Source: an uncultured Solirubrobacteraceae bacterium
GTDB taxonomy: Bacteria > Actinomycetota > Thermoleophilia > Solirubrobacterales > Solirubrobacteraceae
Reading direction: 5' to 3'
Assembly: GCA_963798325.1 (NCBI GenBank)
Contig: CAWCSS010000006.1
Location: 326,658-390,657 of the forward strand
Length of the DNA stretch: 64,000 nt
Of the stretch, positions 38,982 through 48,803 are shown one piece after another. The translations under genes and the position numbers were made by a program. The notes beneath the pieces were generated by a model. The model was not told the origin of the DNA. It worked only from the letters and a program-made list of their open reading frames with translations, and searched no databases. Each line of letters opens with the position of its first letter. The stretch's first letter is position 1.

Positions 38982-39680
38982 TTAGATTTCCTGGGTGCGG
39001 GTTCGGTAGAGGCCGGGGCCGATCGCGGCGGCCGCCCAGGCGAGGATGATCCCGATTGCGCCGAGCAGCGGCAGCGAGGCGACGAGGCCCTCGGCGCCAT
39101 CGAGGCGGGAGATGGCGACGGCGGGGATCGCCAGGCGGGCGTTGCCCAGCACTTCGAGCTGGGCGAGCAGCGGGGCGACGCCGAGCTGGAAGGCCAGGGC
39201 GATGCCGATGACGGCGCCGCCGCGCCCGGTGAGCGCGGCGAGCCCGACGCAGACCGCGGCGGTCAACGCGCCGGAGATCAGGACCTGGGCGGCGTCCTTC
39301 GCGAAGTCGCCCGCGGTCGGCCGGCCGATGAGCGCGGCCACGATGAGCGCCGCGGAGAGCGTGCCGAGGACGACGATCCAGGCGGCGGGGATGCGCGAGA
39401 AGAACAGCGCGGTGCGTGAGCGGCCGGTGGCCACGAGGTCGCGGAAGACGCCGGTCTCGATGTCGGCGCCCCCGGCGGTGGCGCCGACGATCGCGCCCGC
39501 GACCGACGCCAGGAGGGTGAGGATGCCGGCGGCGGAGTCGAAGTCGGTCGACTTGTCGAGGATCGCGCCGACGGCGAAGTAGAGGCCGATCGAGGCGAAG
39601 AGCAGCCCGGCGACGATCGCGACCATCCCGCGGCGGCGTTCGAGCTTCAACAGGTCGGCACGGATCAGGCGGAGCATCAC
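38982..39680 (-). CDS. ABC-2 type transporter permease
   Basis: About 6 TM helices; coupled to the ABC ATPase. Confidence 0.8.
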   Translation of the reverse strand: MMLRLIRADLLKLERRRGMVAIVAGLLFASIGLYFAVGAILDKSTDFDSAAGILTLLASVAGAIVGATAGGADIETGVFRDLVATGRSRTALFFSRIPAAWIVVLGTLSAALIVAALIGRPTAGDFAKDAAQVLISGALTAAVCVGLAALTGRGGAVIGIALAFQLGVAPLLAQLEVLGNARLAIPAVAISRLDGAEGLVASLPLLGAIGIILAWAAAAIGPGLYRTRTQEI

Positions 39681-40624
39681 GCGTTCTCCAGGCGGGTCGT
39701 CATCGACAGAAACTGTTCCTCGAGGGAGCGGTGGACCGGGGTCACACGCTCGACCGAGATGCCCTCGGCGAGCAGGCGGCGCAGCAGCGTGGTCACGACG
39801 TCGAGGTCGCGCGGGGCGTCCGGGGCGATCGTCGCTCGGATGCCGCCGTCGTGCTCGATCGCCCGCAGCACCGAGGGCACGCCGGCGAGCACGCCGGTCG
39901 CCTTGACGGTGGGCGCGGCGACGATGTCGATCGTCCGCTCGTCGCTGAGCGAGGTCAGCTCGGCGATCGTGCCCTGGGCCATCACGCGGCCCTGGTCGAC
40001 GATCGCGGCGAAGTCACACGTCTTCTCGACCTCGTCGAGCAGGTGACTGGAAAGGAGCACCGTGCGCCCCTCGGCGACCAGCGACCGGACCAGGTGGCGG
40101 AACTCGAGGATGCCGGCGGGGTCGAGGCCATTGACCGGCTCATCGAGGATCAGCAGCTCGGGGTCACAGAGCAGGCAGCGCGCGATCCCGAGCCGCTGGC
40201 GCATGCCCAGCGAGTAGGACTTGACGGGGTCGCCGGCGCGGGCCTTCAGGCCGACGCGCTCGAGCGCGCCGTCGACGCGGCCGTGGGCGGCCTTCTCACG
40301 CGCGGCGGCGTGGACGTGCAGGTTCTCGCGGCCGGTCAGATGCGGGTGAAAGCGCGGCTCCTCGACGATCGCGCCGACGCGCGCCAACGCCTCGGCTCGC
40401 CCGCCCGGAAGCTCGTGGCCGAGCAGCTTCATCGTGCCCGAGGTCGGCTGCGCCAGCCCCAGCAGCAGCCGGACGAGCGTCGTCTTGCCGGCGCCGTTGC
40501 GTCCGAGGAAGCCGAACGCGGACCCGCGCGGCACCTCCAGGTCGATCGATTCCAGCGCGGCCCGCGCACCGAAGCGCTTGCCGAGGCCGTGGGTTTCGAT
40601 GGCGAGCGAGTTCATGCTCACCAT
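39677..40624 (-). CDS. ABC transporter ATP-binding protein (BcrA-like)
   Basis: [25 protein letters not shown] and SSH. Confidence 0.93.
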   Translation of the reverse strand: MVSMNSLAIETHGLGKRFGARAALESIDLEVPRGSAFGFLGRNGAGKTTLVRLLLGLAQPTSGTMKLLGHELPGGRAEALARVGAIVEEPRFHPHLTGRENLHVHAAAREKAAHGRVDGALERVGLKARAGDPVKSYSLGMRQRLGIARCLLCDPELLILDEPVNGLDPAGILEFRHLVRSLVAEGRTVLLSSHLLDEVEKTCDFAAIVDQGRVMAQGTIAELTSLSDERTIDIVAAPTVKATGVLAGVPSVLRAIEHDGGIRATIAPDAPRDLDVVTTLLRRLLAEGISVERVTPVHRSLEEQFLSMTTRLENA

Positions 40625-40694
40625 GCTCCGCGCCCACGCCGTCCGCGTCGTCGGCCGCGCGACCCATCTGCACCCGCCGTCTACACCGTTCGGA

Positions 40695-42344
40695 TCACCC
40701 GAAGGTGAACGCGTAGCCCGAGACTCCGGGCGCGAAGCGCAGATGCAGGTCGTAGGTGCCCGACCGCGGGCGCGAGAGCAGGTGATAGAGCTTCTGGGTG
40801 GTCACCTTGACCGTCTGCTCGTGCTTGCCGTCGACGGTCACGTCGACCGCCCCTGGCCCTGAGAGCACGAGGTAGACGTCCTTGCCCGTGACCGTCGCCC
40901 GCAGTGACGCGCCGGTCCCGGCGGTGGCCGCCTCGTCGGAGACCTTCCATGTCCCCTCGAGCGCGAAGGCGTTGTCCGGCAACCGCTCGTCGGCCCGCGC
41001 GTAGGTCTTGGTGCCCACGGCCGGCGACGCGACGAAGCCCTGCGCGCGCTCGGCGCCGAGGTAGGTCTCCGGCGTCGCCAGGTCGGCCGGCGAGTACGTC
41101 TTCGATGGCTTGCCCGCCATCGCGCCGGGCTCCTTCAAGAGCTGCCGGATCGCGGACTCGGTCTTGTCGTAGTCGCCCTCGCCGAAGTGCGCGTAGCGGA
41201 CGTGCCCCTTGGCGTCGATCAGGTACTTCGCGGGCCAGTACTGGTTGCCCCACGCGCTCCAGGTCGCGAGCTCGTTGTCCTGCGCGACCGGATACTCGAT
41301 CCCGTTCTGCTTCAACGCCCGCGCGACGTTGCCGGCGTTGCGCTCGAAGGCGAACTCGGGGGAGTGCACGCCGACGATCGTCAGGCCCTTGTCGCGGTAG
41401 GCCTTGTCCCACGCCACCAGGTAGGGCAGCGTGCGGATGCAGTTGATGCAGGTGTAGGTCCAGAAGTCCACGAGCACGACGCGGCCCTTGAGCTGCGCCA
41501 GCGACAGCGGCTTGGAGTTGAACCAGCGGTCGTTGCCGGTGAAGTCGGGCGCCGCGCCGAGGTCCTCGAGCGCGACCTTGGTCTCCGTCGCGGCCGGCTG
41601 GAAGCGCGCGGGTGGGCGCAGCTTCGCCAGCTGCCGGCTCGCCGCCTCGGAGGTCTCGAGCTTGTTGGTCGGGTTCACCAGCGCGGCCGGCAGGTGGTCG
41701 GCGATCGCGGTTTGGAACCGGACGTCGAACTGGAAGGCCATCGCCACCGCGGTCAGCACCATCACGCCGCCGAGGACGCGCGAGAGGGCCGGCCCGCGCA
41801 GCGGCGCGACGATCCGGCGGCCGAGCAGCGCGAGCGCGAGCAGGATGACGGCGGACCCGGCCGCGTAGGCGAGGGCGATCGTCACCGTCCGCCCGGACGC
41901 CGCGCTGACGGACACGACCGCCGCCAGCACCGGTCCCGCGCAGGGCGCGTAGACGAAGCCGAGCGCGGCGCCGACGCCCATTCCCGACCAGAAGCCGCTC
42001 CCGTAGCTCTTGGGGCCGAAGCGCGCGAGCCGCGCCAGCGGCGCCTCGAGGCGGTCGGCGAGTCTTGGCACGGCGACCACCACACCGAACAGTGCGAGCG
42101 AGGCGATCGCGAGGTTGCGGACCAGCGACGCACCCAGCCCAACCCCGTCCACGACCTTGGCCAGGGCGACGATCGTGATCGTGAAGGTGATGGCCAGCCC
42201 GAGGACGATCCCGAGTGGACGCCTGCGTCCGCCGGTGGCGCCGGCGCTGAGCAGAGCGGGCAGGACGGGCAGCACGCACGGGCTTATCGCCGTACCGGCA
42301 CCGGCGATGAAGGCGAACAGGACAAGGAGGAGCAAAGCTCCCAA
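40695..42344 (-). CDS. dipZ: DipZ (CcdA membrane domain + thioredoxin domain)
   Basis: SPCVLP, APCAGP, DFWTYTCINC, GVHSPEF; C-terminal YAFTFG. Confidence 0.92.
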   Translation of the reverse strand: MGALLLLVLFAFIAGAGTAISPCVLPVLPALLSAGATGGRRRPLGIVLGLAITFTITIVALAKVVDGVGLGASLVRNLAIASLALFGVVVAVPRLADRLEAPLARLARFGPKSYGSGFWSGMGVGAALGFVYAPCAGPVLAAVVSVSAASGRTVTIALAYAAGSAVILLALALLGRRIVAPLRGPALSRVLGGVMVLTAVAMAFQFDVRFQTAIADHLPAALVNPTNKLETSEAASRQLAKLRPPARFQPAATETKVALEDLGAAPDFTGNDRWFNSKPLSLAQLKGRVVLVDFWTYTCINCIRTLPYLVAWDKAYRDKGLTIVGVHSPEFAFERNAGNVARALKQNGIEYPVAQDNELATWSAWGNQYWPAKYLIDAKGHVRYAHFGEGDYDKTESAIRQLLKEPGAMAGKPSKTYSPADLATPETYLGAERAQGFVASPAVGTKTYARADERLPDNAFALEGTWKVSDEAATAGTGASLRATVTGKDVYLVLSGPGAVDVTVDGKHEQTVKVTTQKLYHLLSRPRSGTYDLHLRFAPGVSGYAFTFG

Positions 42345-42376
42345 AGTGTGGCTGAAGGCCGCCCTACTCTTATGAA

Positions 42377-43033
42377 ATGCCGCTTACGGTGGAAATCTGG
42401 TCTGACGTGGTCTGTCCGTGGTGCTACATCGGCAAGCGGCGGTTCGAGGCCGCGCTGGAGCAGTTCGAGCATCGCGACGACGTCACGACCCTGTGGCGCA
42501 GCTTCGAGCTCGACCCCGAGGCCGCGCGCGAGCAGATGGGCAACGCCGCCGAGCGGCTGGCCGGCAAGTACGGGATGACGATCGAGCGCGCGCAGCAGCT
42601 GCATGCGGAGATGACCGAGCGCGCCGCCGCCGAAGGGCTCGAGTACCACCTCGACATCTCGCGCGGCGGGAACACGTTCGACGCGCACCGGATGATCCAC
42701 CTGGCCGCGACCTACGGGCATCAGGGCGCCGCGAAGGAGCGGCTGATGCGGGCCTACTTCACCGAGGGCGAGCAGATCTCGGTGTGGGACACGCTCGTGC
42801 GGCTGATGGCCGAGGTCGGCGTGGACCCGGTCGAGGCGCGCGAGGCGCTCGAGCTGGACCGCTTCGCCGACGACGTCCGCGAGGACGAGGCGCTGGCGCA
42901 GCAACTCGGCATCCAGGGCGTGCCGTTCTTCGTCATCGACCGTCGCTACGGCGTCTCCGGCGCCCAGCCGCCCGAGATTCTGCTCGGTGCTCTTCAGCGC
43001 GCATGGGAAGAGGCGGTTAGCATCGACGCGTGA
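42377..43033 (+). CDS. DsbA/FrnE-family oxidoreductase
   Basis: WSDVVCPWCYIG, GVPFF and SGAQP. Confidence 0.92.
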   Translation: MPLTVEIWSDVVCPWCYIGKRRFEAALEQFEHRDDVTTLWRSFELDPEAAREQMGNAAERLAGKYGMTIERAQQLHAEMTERAAAEGLEYHLDISRGGNTFDAHRMIHLAATYGHQGAAKERLMRAYFTEGEQISVWDTLVRLMAEVGVDPVEAREALELDRFADDVREDEALAQQLGIQGVPFFVIDRRYGVSGAQPPEILLGALQRAWEEAVSIDA

Positions 43034-44370
43034 AGACGCTTCTCGCCGCCGCCGCCCTCGCTCTCACGTTCGCCACATCCGCGGACGCTGCCCACTGGCA
43101 ACAGGTGACCCGACCCGGAGGCGCGAACATCGATGAAGTCAGCCACGTCCGCACGGCGGACGGCGTGCTGCACATCGCGTACAAGAAGGACGGCAACATC
43201 GTCCACACGGTGATCGCGCCCAACGGGAAGGTGGGAGCCTCGAGCCCGGTCGCGTCTGGGTGGGCGACCACGAGCGACCCCGCGATTGTGTCCGTACCCG
43301 GCGGGCTGCGGGTGTTCTGGGGCGGCATCCGGACGACGGATTCCAACGACCCCAACACGGACTTCAACACCGCGTTCTCGTCCGACGGCGGGGCCTCGTG
43401 GCAGCTGCAGGAAGGATCGATCGTCCCGCTCGGCGCCCAAGCCTACGCGTCCGACGCCAGCGCCACCACGCTGCCGGATGGCAACACGTTGCAGGTCTTC
43501 GCGGGCTCGCTCGGCACCTGGGCGCACGCGGGGCTCGATCCCGCCTCGCCGAACTTCAACTTCCAGACGGCCGGCAACTACGGCTACGACCCGGGCATCG
43601 CCTCCGCCGCCGACGGCACGGCGATGATGGCGTGGTACTCCAACGCCTCCGCGCAGATCGGCATCCTCGCCCAGGGCGTCGCGCCCAACGGCGCGCCGTC
43701 GGGGCCGCAGCTGCGGATGCCGGGCTCGCAGGTGCTCGAGGGCGGCTCGACGCTGGCGCGCACGCCGATCGTCGCCCGCGCCGGCAACGGCGGGTTCTTC
43801 GTCGCCTACGGTCTCGGCTACCCGACCGCCGACCAGGCGCGCGTGTGGCGGGTCGGCAGCACGAAGGCGCTGCTGTTGGACAGGACCGAGAACAGCACCA
43901 CGATGACGCTCGCCGCGGATCCCGGCGGCCGCCTGTGGGCGGTCTGGACCGATGGCACGTTCGGCTCCCAGCATGTGCTGGCCGCGCGCTCGAACAAGCA
44001 GGGCAGCGTGTTCGGTCAGCCGGTCGACCTCGGCGCCGCCAAGCAGGCCAACAGCACCTACTCCCTCGAGGCCGACGCCACCGCGACCTCGCTCGACGTG
44101 ATGGCCCACTTCGGCATCGGCACCACCTCATCGACCTCCACGTTCGTGACCCGCGTGCTGCCCGGGCTGACGCTGAAGACCAAGAAGTCCGACCACGGCG
44201 TGACCTTCACCGTCACCGACGCCGGCGCGCCGGTGAAGGGCGCGAAGGTCAAGTTCGGCGGCCGCTCCGGCAAGACGAACGCCAAGGGCAAGGTCACGCT
44301 CGACGGCCGCAAGGGCACGGCCACCGCCTCCGCCAGCGGCTACGAGGATGCGAAGCTGAAGCTGAAGTGA
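43030..44370 (+). CDS. Secreted beta-rich protein with Asp-box and C-terminal Ig-like domain
   Basis: Signal peptide; SSDGGASW Asp-box; VTDAGAPVKGAKV tail. Confidence 0.75.
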   Translation: MKTLLAAAALALTFATSADAAHWQQVTRPGGANIDEVSHVRTADGVLHIAYKKDGNIVHTVIAPNGKVGASSPVASGWATTSDPAIVSVPGGLRVFWGGIRTTDSNDPNTDFNTAFSSDGGASWQLQEGSIVPLGAQAYASDASATTLPDGNTLQVFAGSLGTWAHAGLDPASPNFNFQTAGNYGYDPGIASAADGTAMMAWYSNASAQIGILAQGVAPNGAPSGPQLRMPGSQVLEGGSTLARTPIVARAGNGGFFVAYGLGYPTADQARVWRVGSTKALLLDRTENSTTMTLAADPGGRLWAVWTDGTFGSQHVLAARSNKQGSVFGQPVDLGAAKQANSTYSLEADATATSLDVMAHFGIGTTSSTSTFVTRVLPGLTLKTKKSDHGVTFTVTDAGAPVKGAKVKFGGRSGKTNAKGKVTLDGRKGTATASASGYEDAKLKLK

Positions 44371-44690
44371 CCTACTCGATCCTGCCCGCCGGTGAGGCGC
44401 CGTGGCGTCAGTCCGGCCAGGCGCTGAGCGCCCAGCTCGGCGCGTCGGCACGCTTCTGGCGCCTGCGCCCGGGCCAGTCCGTGACCGGCGCGGGCGACGA
44501 GTTCTACGTGGTGCTGGAGGGTGAGGGCTCGATCCGGATCGGCTCGGAGTCGTTCACGCTGCCGCGCCTGTCGTCGGCGCAGGTGTCCGCCGGCGAGGAG
44601 CGCGAGATCTTCAACGACGGCGAACAGGAGACGTTATGGCTGGTGGTGACCGGCTCCATTTCACCGGCAACGACGAAGCCGACCGGCTGA
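44367..44690 (+). CDS. Small cupin-like protein
   Basis: GTGA overlap with the upstream stop; DEFYVVLEGEG..IRIG cupin pattern without the metal-binding His residues. Confidence 0.65.
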   Translation: MTYSILPAGEAPWRQSGQALSAQLGASARFWRLRPGQSVTGAGDEFYVVLEGEGSIRIGSESFTLPRLSSAQVSAGEEREIFNDGEQETLWLVVTGSISPATTKPTG

Positions 44691-45178
44691 TCTTCCAGGA
44701 CCCGTTCGCGCTGCTGATCGGGTTCGCGCTCGACCAGCGGGTGCCGGTGCCGAAGGCGTTCATGGGGCCGTACGTGCTGCGCGAGCGGTTGGGGTCGTTG
44801 GACCCGCGCGCGGTCGCCGAGGCGGACCTCGAGCCGATCTTCCGGCAGATCCCGGCGATCCATCGCTTCCCGGCGATGATGGCCAGGCAGACGCACGCGC
44901 TGGCGTCGCACGTGGTGGAGGTCTACGACGGCGACGCCGCCGCGGTCTGGACGAGCGCGACGACGTCAGACGAGCTGCGCGAGAACATCGACGGGCTGCC
45001 CGGCTACGGGAAGATGAAGGTCAAGGCGCTCGGGTCGGTCCTGTACAAGCGCTTCGGGGTGGCGCTGGCGGAGCCGCTGGTGCCCTGGCATCCGACGCTC
45101 GGGGACGTCGACTCCGCCCAGGCGCTGGCGGACTACCAGGCGTCCAAGAAGGCCAACAAGGCCTTGTGGGAGGCCTGA
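44636..45178 (+). CDS. Actinobacterial HhH-GPD-like protein
   Basis: DPFALLIGFALDQ, AIHRFP and LPGYGKMK. Confidence 0.82.
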   Translation: MAGGDRLHFTGNDEADRLIFQDPFALLIGFALDQRVPVPKAFMGPYVLRERLGSLDPRAVAEADLEPIFRQIPAIHRFPAMMARQTHALASHVVEVYDGDAAAVWTSATTSDELRENIDGLPGYGKMKVKALGSVLYKRFGVALAEPLVPWHPTLGDVDSAQALADYQASKKANKALWEA

Positions 45179-45897
45179 CGGCTGAGCACCGCGAACGCGC
45201 TCTCGCCGGGCTTCTTGCAGTCGCCGTTGGGCTTTGAGCCGAACGCGCAGAAGTGGCGGATGTGCTCGCAGTTCTTGACCTTGTAGGCGCTGCTCTGCCA
45301 GCGCGTCTGTGCGTAGTCGCCCTTGCCCGGGCCGCAGTCGATCGTGCCGTGCCCGTAGTAGGCGATGATCCGGTCGTTGCCGGCGCCGCCCTCCATGACG
45401 TTCTTGCCGTGGCTGGGGTAGAGGAAGTCGTTCCCGTCGCCGCCCTTGAGGACGTCTGACTGCGATTCGCCGTTGCCGGCGAGCTCCCAGTCGCCCCACA
45501 ACACGTCCTTGCCGCCGCCGCCGATCACGGTGTCGTTGCCGTGGTGGCCGAGCAGCTCGTCGTTGCGGTCGCCGCCCTGTTTGCGATGCGTGCCCTTGGC
45601 CATCGTCACCTTCCACAGCACGCCGGAGATCGCCGGCCAGCCCTTGTGGGAGACGTTGCCCGTGTTGCCGCCGCCGGCCGTCTTGCGGTTGCGGCCCGCC
45701 TGGCACTGCTCGCCGCTGCGGCGCGGCGCGCAGATGCGGTCGGCGTACTCCTCGTCGGTCTCCTCCGCCGGCTGCCCGTCGTCGACGCACATGGCGGGGT
45801 CGACGGCTGGGTCGCATTCCGTCCTCTGGGCTCTTGCGGTAGCGGGCAGGAGCAGCAGACCGATCAGGAGGGCAAGAGCGATGCGGGCGGCGGACAT
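45133..45897 (-). CDS. Secreted Ca-binding RTX-repeat protein
   Basis: Signal peptide; GGxGxD repeats; Cys-rich termini; DCGPGKGD. Confidence 0.8.
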   Translation of the reverse strand: MSAARIALALLIGLLLLPATARAQRTECDPAVDPAMCVDDGQPAEETDEEYADRICAPRRSGEQCQAGRNRKTAGGGNTGNVSHKGWPAISGVLWKVTMAKGTHRKQGGDRNDELLGHHGNDTVIGGGGKDVLWGDWELAGNGESQSDVLKGGDGNDFLYPSHGKNVMEGGAGNDRIIAYYGHGTIDCGPGKGDYAQTRWQSSAYKVKNCEHIRHFCAFGSKPNGDCKKPGESAFAVLSRQASHKALLAFLDAW

Positions 45898-45907
45898 GAG
45901 AGCGAGA

Positions 45908-47347
45908 CTAACCGCTCGCGCGCCACCAGATGACCAGTTCTGGCCGAAGGCACAGCAGCGGTCCCTTCGGAGACATGTCCCTGTAGACCGGGTAGCGCTC
46001 CTTGAGCGCTTCCAGGACGTCGTCGCGCAGGTCGGTGACCGTCATCGTGCCGATCGACTGCACCCACGCGAGGCGACTCCAGTCGTCGTCGTAGCGATCG
46101 ATCGTGATGGTCGCGCGAGGGTCGTTCCGCAGGCGCGCGATCCGCGCGGGGGTCCTGCGTTTGGGCTTGTCGTCGATCGCGCTCCACAGCTCGTCGCCGA
46201 GTCGGGCGAAGGTGATCGGCTGCACGCGCGGATGGCCGCTCTCGTCGAGGAGTCCCAGGTGCGCGACCGGGGTGGCGTCGACCAGCTCCAGCGCCCACGT
46301 GGGCGCGCTCGTCGAGACGAGGTCCGCGCATACCCAGTTGTGCCGTCCCGCGCCACCTGCCCACAGGCGCGAGGCGAGCCGGTCCTGCTCGGCCTTGGAG
46401 CCCTGGTAGGCGTGTGGCGTGGAGCCGCCGAGGCCCTGCCAGGTCGAGTCGAGGATCTGGTAGTAGCCCGACGCGCCGGCGCTGTTGGGCGGCGTGTTGC
46501 GCCCGCCAGACTCGCACTGCACGATCGGCCACGGGATCGCCCACGGGCCGCCGGGGCCGCTCGACGCGGCCGCGCGGGCGCGGGCGGCGATCAGGCGCGT
46601 GAGGGTGCGCTCGGCGCTTCGGCGGCCGGCGCGGGTGCGGGTGAGCGCGGCCACGCGAGCGGCGTGCGCCTGCGTGAGCGTGTCGCGCCGCTCGCGCAGC
46701 CCGACGGCGATCCCCGCGAGCGTGTCGCGGCGCTCGCGCACGGCCTGTGCCTCACGTTGCTGGCGCTCGGCCAGCCGCGTGAGCTTGGTCTGCTCGGTCC
46801 CGGCCTCGCCGCGCGCGTCGCGCACGATGTCCAGCAGCCGCGAGTCGGCCCGCTCGACGCGCTTGACGAAGCTCAGGGTCTCGAGCAGCTGCGGGAAGCC
46901 GTCGGCGTGGAGCATCACGGTCACGAAGTCCGGCCGCTCGCCCATGTAGCGCTCGCGCAGGAGCCCGCTGAGCTTCGTCCGGACCTCCGACAGTCGTTCT
47001 CGAAGGCGGGTGACGCGCCGTCGCGCCTCGCGCTCGCGTTCCTCGGTGACCGCGAGATGCGTCTCGGCGGCGGTCAGGTCGGCCTGCACCTCGTTCAGGC
47101 GCCCCTCGAGGATCGAGACCTCGCGCGAAGCCTTGCGCTCGAGCTCCCCGAGGCGCGTCGCGGCGGACGCGAGCGAGCGCTCCCGCGCCTTCGACGAGCC
47201 GATCCGGTCGCGCAGCGAGCCCTCGCTCTGGGCGTGCGCGGGGGCGGCCGTGCAGAGGACGAGGGCGAGCGCGAAGAGGGCGGCGGCGGCCGCACCCCGG
47301 GCGGGGGCGAGGCGAGCAGGGGCGAGCGTGGCGACGCGGCTGCGCAC
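45908..47347 (-). CDS. Coiled-coil + Rpf-like transglycosylase reading in-frame into a PPOX-like (F420/FMN split-barrel) domain
   Basis: Signal peptide, PcsB-like coiled coil, IVQCESGG/ASGYYQ/TW; then VAHLG..P.VQPI.FA..AIDDKPK..DRYDDDWSRLAWV. Confidence 0.7.
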   Translation of the reverse strand: MRSRVATLAPARLAPARGAAAAALFALALVLCTAAPAHAQSEGSLRDRIGSSKARERSLASAATRLGELERKASREVSILEGRLNEVQADLTAAETHLAVTEEREREARRRVTRLRERLSEVRTKLSGLLRERYMGERPDFVTVMLHADGFPQLLETLSFVKRVERADSRLLDIVRDARGEAGTEQTKLTRLAERQQREAQAVRERRDTLAGIAVGLRERRDTLTQAHAARVAALTRTRAGRRSAERTLTRLIAARARAAASSGPGGPWAIPWPIVQCESGGRNTPPNSAGASGYYQILDSTWQGLGGSTPHAYQGSKAEQDRLASRLWAGGAGRHNWVCADLVSTSAPTWALELVDATPVAHLGLLDESGHPRVQPITFARLGDELWSAIDDKPKRRTPARIARLRNDPRATITIDRYDDDWSRLAWVQSIGTMTVTDLRDDVLEALKERYPVYRDMSPKGPLLCLRPELVIWWRASG

Positions 47348-47451
47348 GCCGATCACGCTAGACGCGAGAGGCCGCGGACCTGCAACGCGGCTGTCAGACG
47401 GCGCAGCGGCCCCGCGACCCCGGATGCGACACCCCGCCGAGAGGAGACCGC

Positions 47452-48690
47452 ATGAAGCTGGACGCACATCTGGATGTCGACCTGGTGGCCGTCGAGACCG
47501 ACGACGAGATCACGGTGATGTTGGAGCTGATCGCGCCGGAGGAGCGCCGCGACACGCCGCGGGCGCCGGCCACCGTGCAGGTGGTGCTCGATCGCAGCGG
47601 GTCGATGGACGGCGAGCGCCTCGGCGCCGCACGTCGTGCGTTGGCCGACCTGATCGACCGGCTCGACCCGGCCGACCGGCTCGGCGTCGTCGCCTTCGAC
47701 GACACGGTCAGCGTGGTCGTGCCGGCGGGGCCGATCACCGACAAGGTCGCGGCTCGCGAGGCGGTGCTGTCGATTCCGTCAGGCGGCATGACCAATCTCT
47801 CCGGCGGGCTGCTGCGCGGGTTCCAGGAGGCGCGCCGCGCGGCCGGGGCGTCGGGCGCGACCGTGCTGCTGCTCAGCGACGGTCACGCCAACGAGGGCGA
47901 GACCAACCCGGACCGGCTGGCCGGGGTCGCCGCCGCGGCGCGCGCGCACGGCGTCACGACGTCGACGGTCGGCATCGGGCTCGGCTACGACGAGACGCTC
48001 TTGGCCGCGGTCGCCCGCGGCGGGCAGGGCGCGCACGCCTTCGCGCCCGACGGTGACGGGGCGGGGGCGGTGGTGGCCGGCGAGGTCGACGGGCTGCTCT
48101 CGAAGACGATCCAGGCAGCGAGCCTGATCGTCCGCCCGAAGGGCTCGGTGCAGACGCTGACGATCTTCAACGACCTGCCGTCGACGCCGGTGCCCAACGG
48201 CGTGATGATCGAGCTCGGCGACCTGTGGGCGGGTGAGGCGCGCAGGCTCGTGCTCTCGTTCGCGGTGCCCGCGATGGCGGGCCTCGGCCTGGCGGAGATC
48301 GCCTCGCTGGAGCTGCGCTACGTGACCCTGCCGGCGTTCGTGGAGGAGACGATCACGCTGCCGCTGCACGTCAACGTCGTCCCGGGCGACCAGGCCGCGG
48401 GCCGCGTCCGCGATCCGAAGGTCCACAGCGAACGGCTCTTTCAGGAGGCGCAGGAGGCCAAGCGCAAGGCCGCCGAGGCGATCCAGCGCGGCGACGAGGA
48501 CGGCGCGCTGCGCGCCTACGCGGCGGCGGGAGCGGCGATCGCGGCGGCGCCCGCCCCTTCGGCGGAGCTGGATGAGGAGGCCGCGATCCTGTTCGCGCTG
48601 GCCGAGCGCACCGCCGCCGGGGACGGCGCCTGGTCGGCCAAGACCGGGCGTGCCGAGCACGCCCGCAAGGCGCGTCAGCGGGGCCGCTGA
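47452..48690 (+). CDS. vWA-domain protein (YfbK-like)
   Basis: MIDAS DRSGSM, GMTN and LLSDGHAN; GAGGAG SD. Confidence 0.88.
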   Translation: MKLDAHLDVDLVAVETDDEITVMLELIAPEERRDTPRAPATVQVVLDRSGSMDGERLGAARRALADLIDRLDPADRLGVVAFDDTVSVVVPAGPITDKVAAREAVLSIPSGGMTNLSGGLLRGFQEARRAAGASGATVLLLSDGHANEGETNPDRLAGVAAAARAHGVTTSTVGIGLGYDETLLAAVARGGQGAHAFAPDGDGAGAVVAGEVDGLLSKTIQAASLIVRPKGSVQTLTIFNDLPSTPVPNGVMIELGDLWAGEARRLVLSFAVPAMAGLGLAEIASLELRYVTLPAFVEETITLPLHVNVVPGDQAAGRVRDPKVHSERLFQEAQEAKRKAAEAIQRGDEDGALRAYAAAGAAIAAAPAPSAELDEEAAILFALAERTAAGDGAWSAKTGRAEHARKARQRGR

Positions 48691-48707
48691 AGCTCGAGAG
48701 CCACGCG

Positions 48708-48742
48708 CCCGGCGGTCACCACACCCAAGGGTGGCCGCCGGG
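48708..48742. terminator. Hairpin downstream of the MPRVKF micro-ORF and of the convergent vWA gene
   Basis: CCCGGCGGTCACC / GGTGGCCGCCGGG, 13-bp stem with one G-U pair. Confidence 0.65.
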
Positions 48743-48753
48743 GCTGTGTCGCT

Positions 48754-48774
48754 TTAGAACTTCACGCGCGGCAC
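48754..48774 (-). CDS. Candidate micro-peptide MPRVKF
   Basis: Minus strand reads GAGGAGGAGGaagccccac GTG CCG CGC GTG AAG TTC TAA; strong SD with no other gene to serve. Confidence 0.6.
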   Translation of the reverse strand: MPRVKF

Positions 48775-48803
48775 GTGGGGCTTCCTCCTCCTCGTTGTGT
48801 GGA

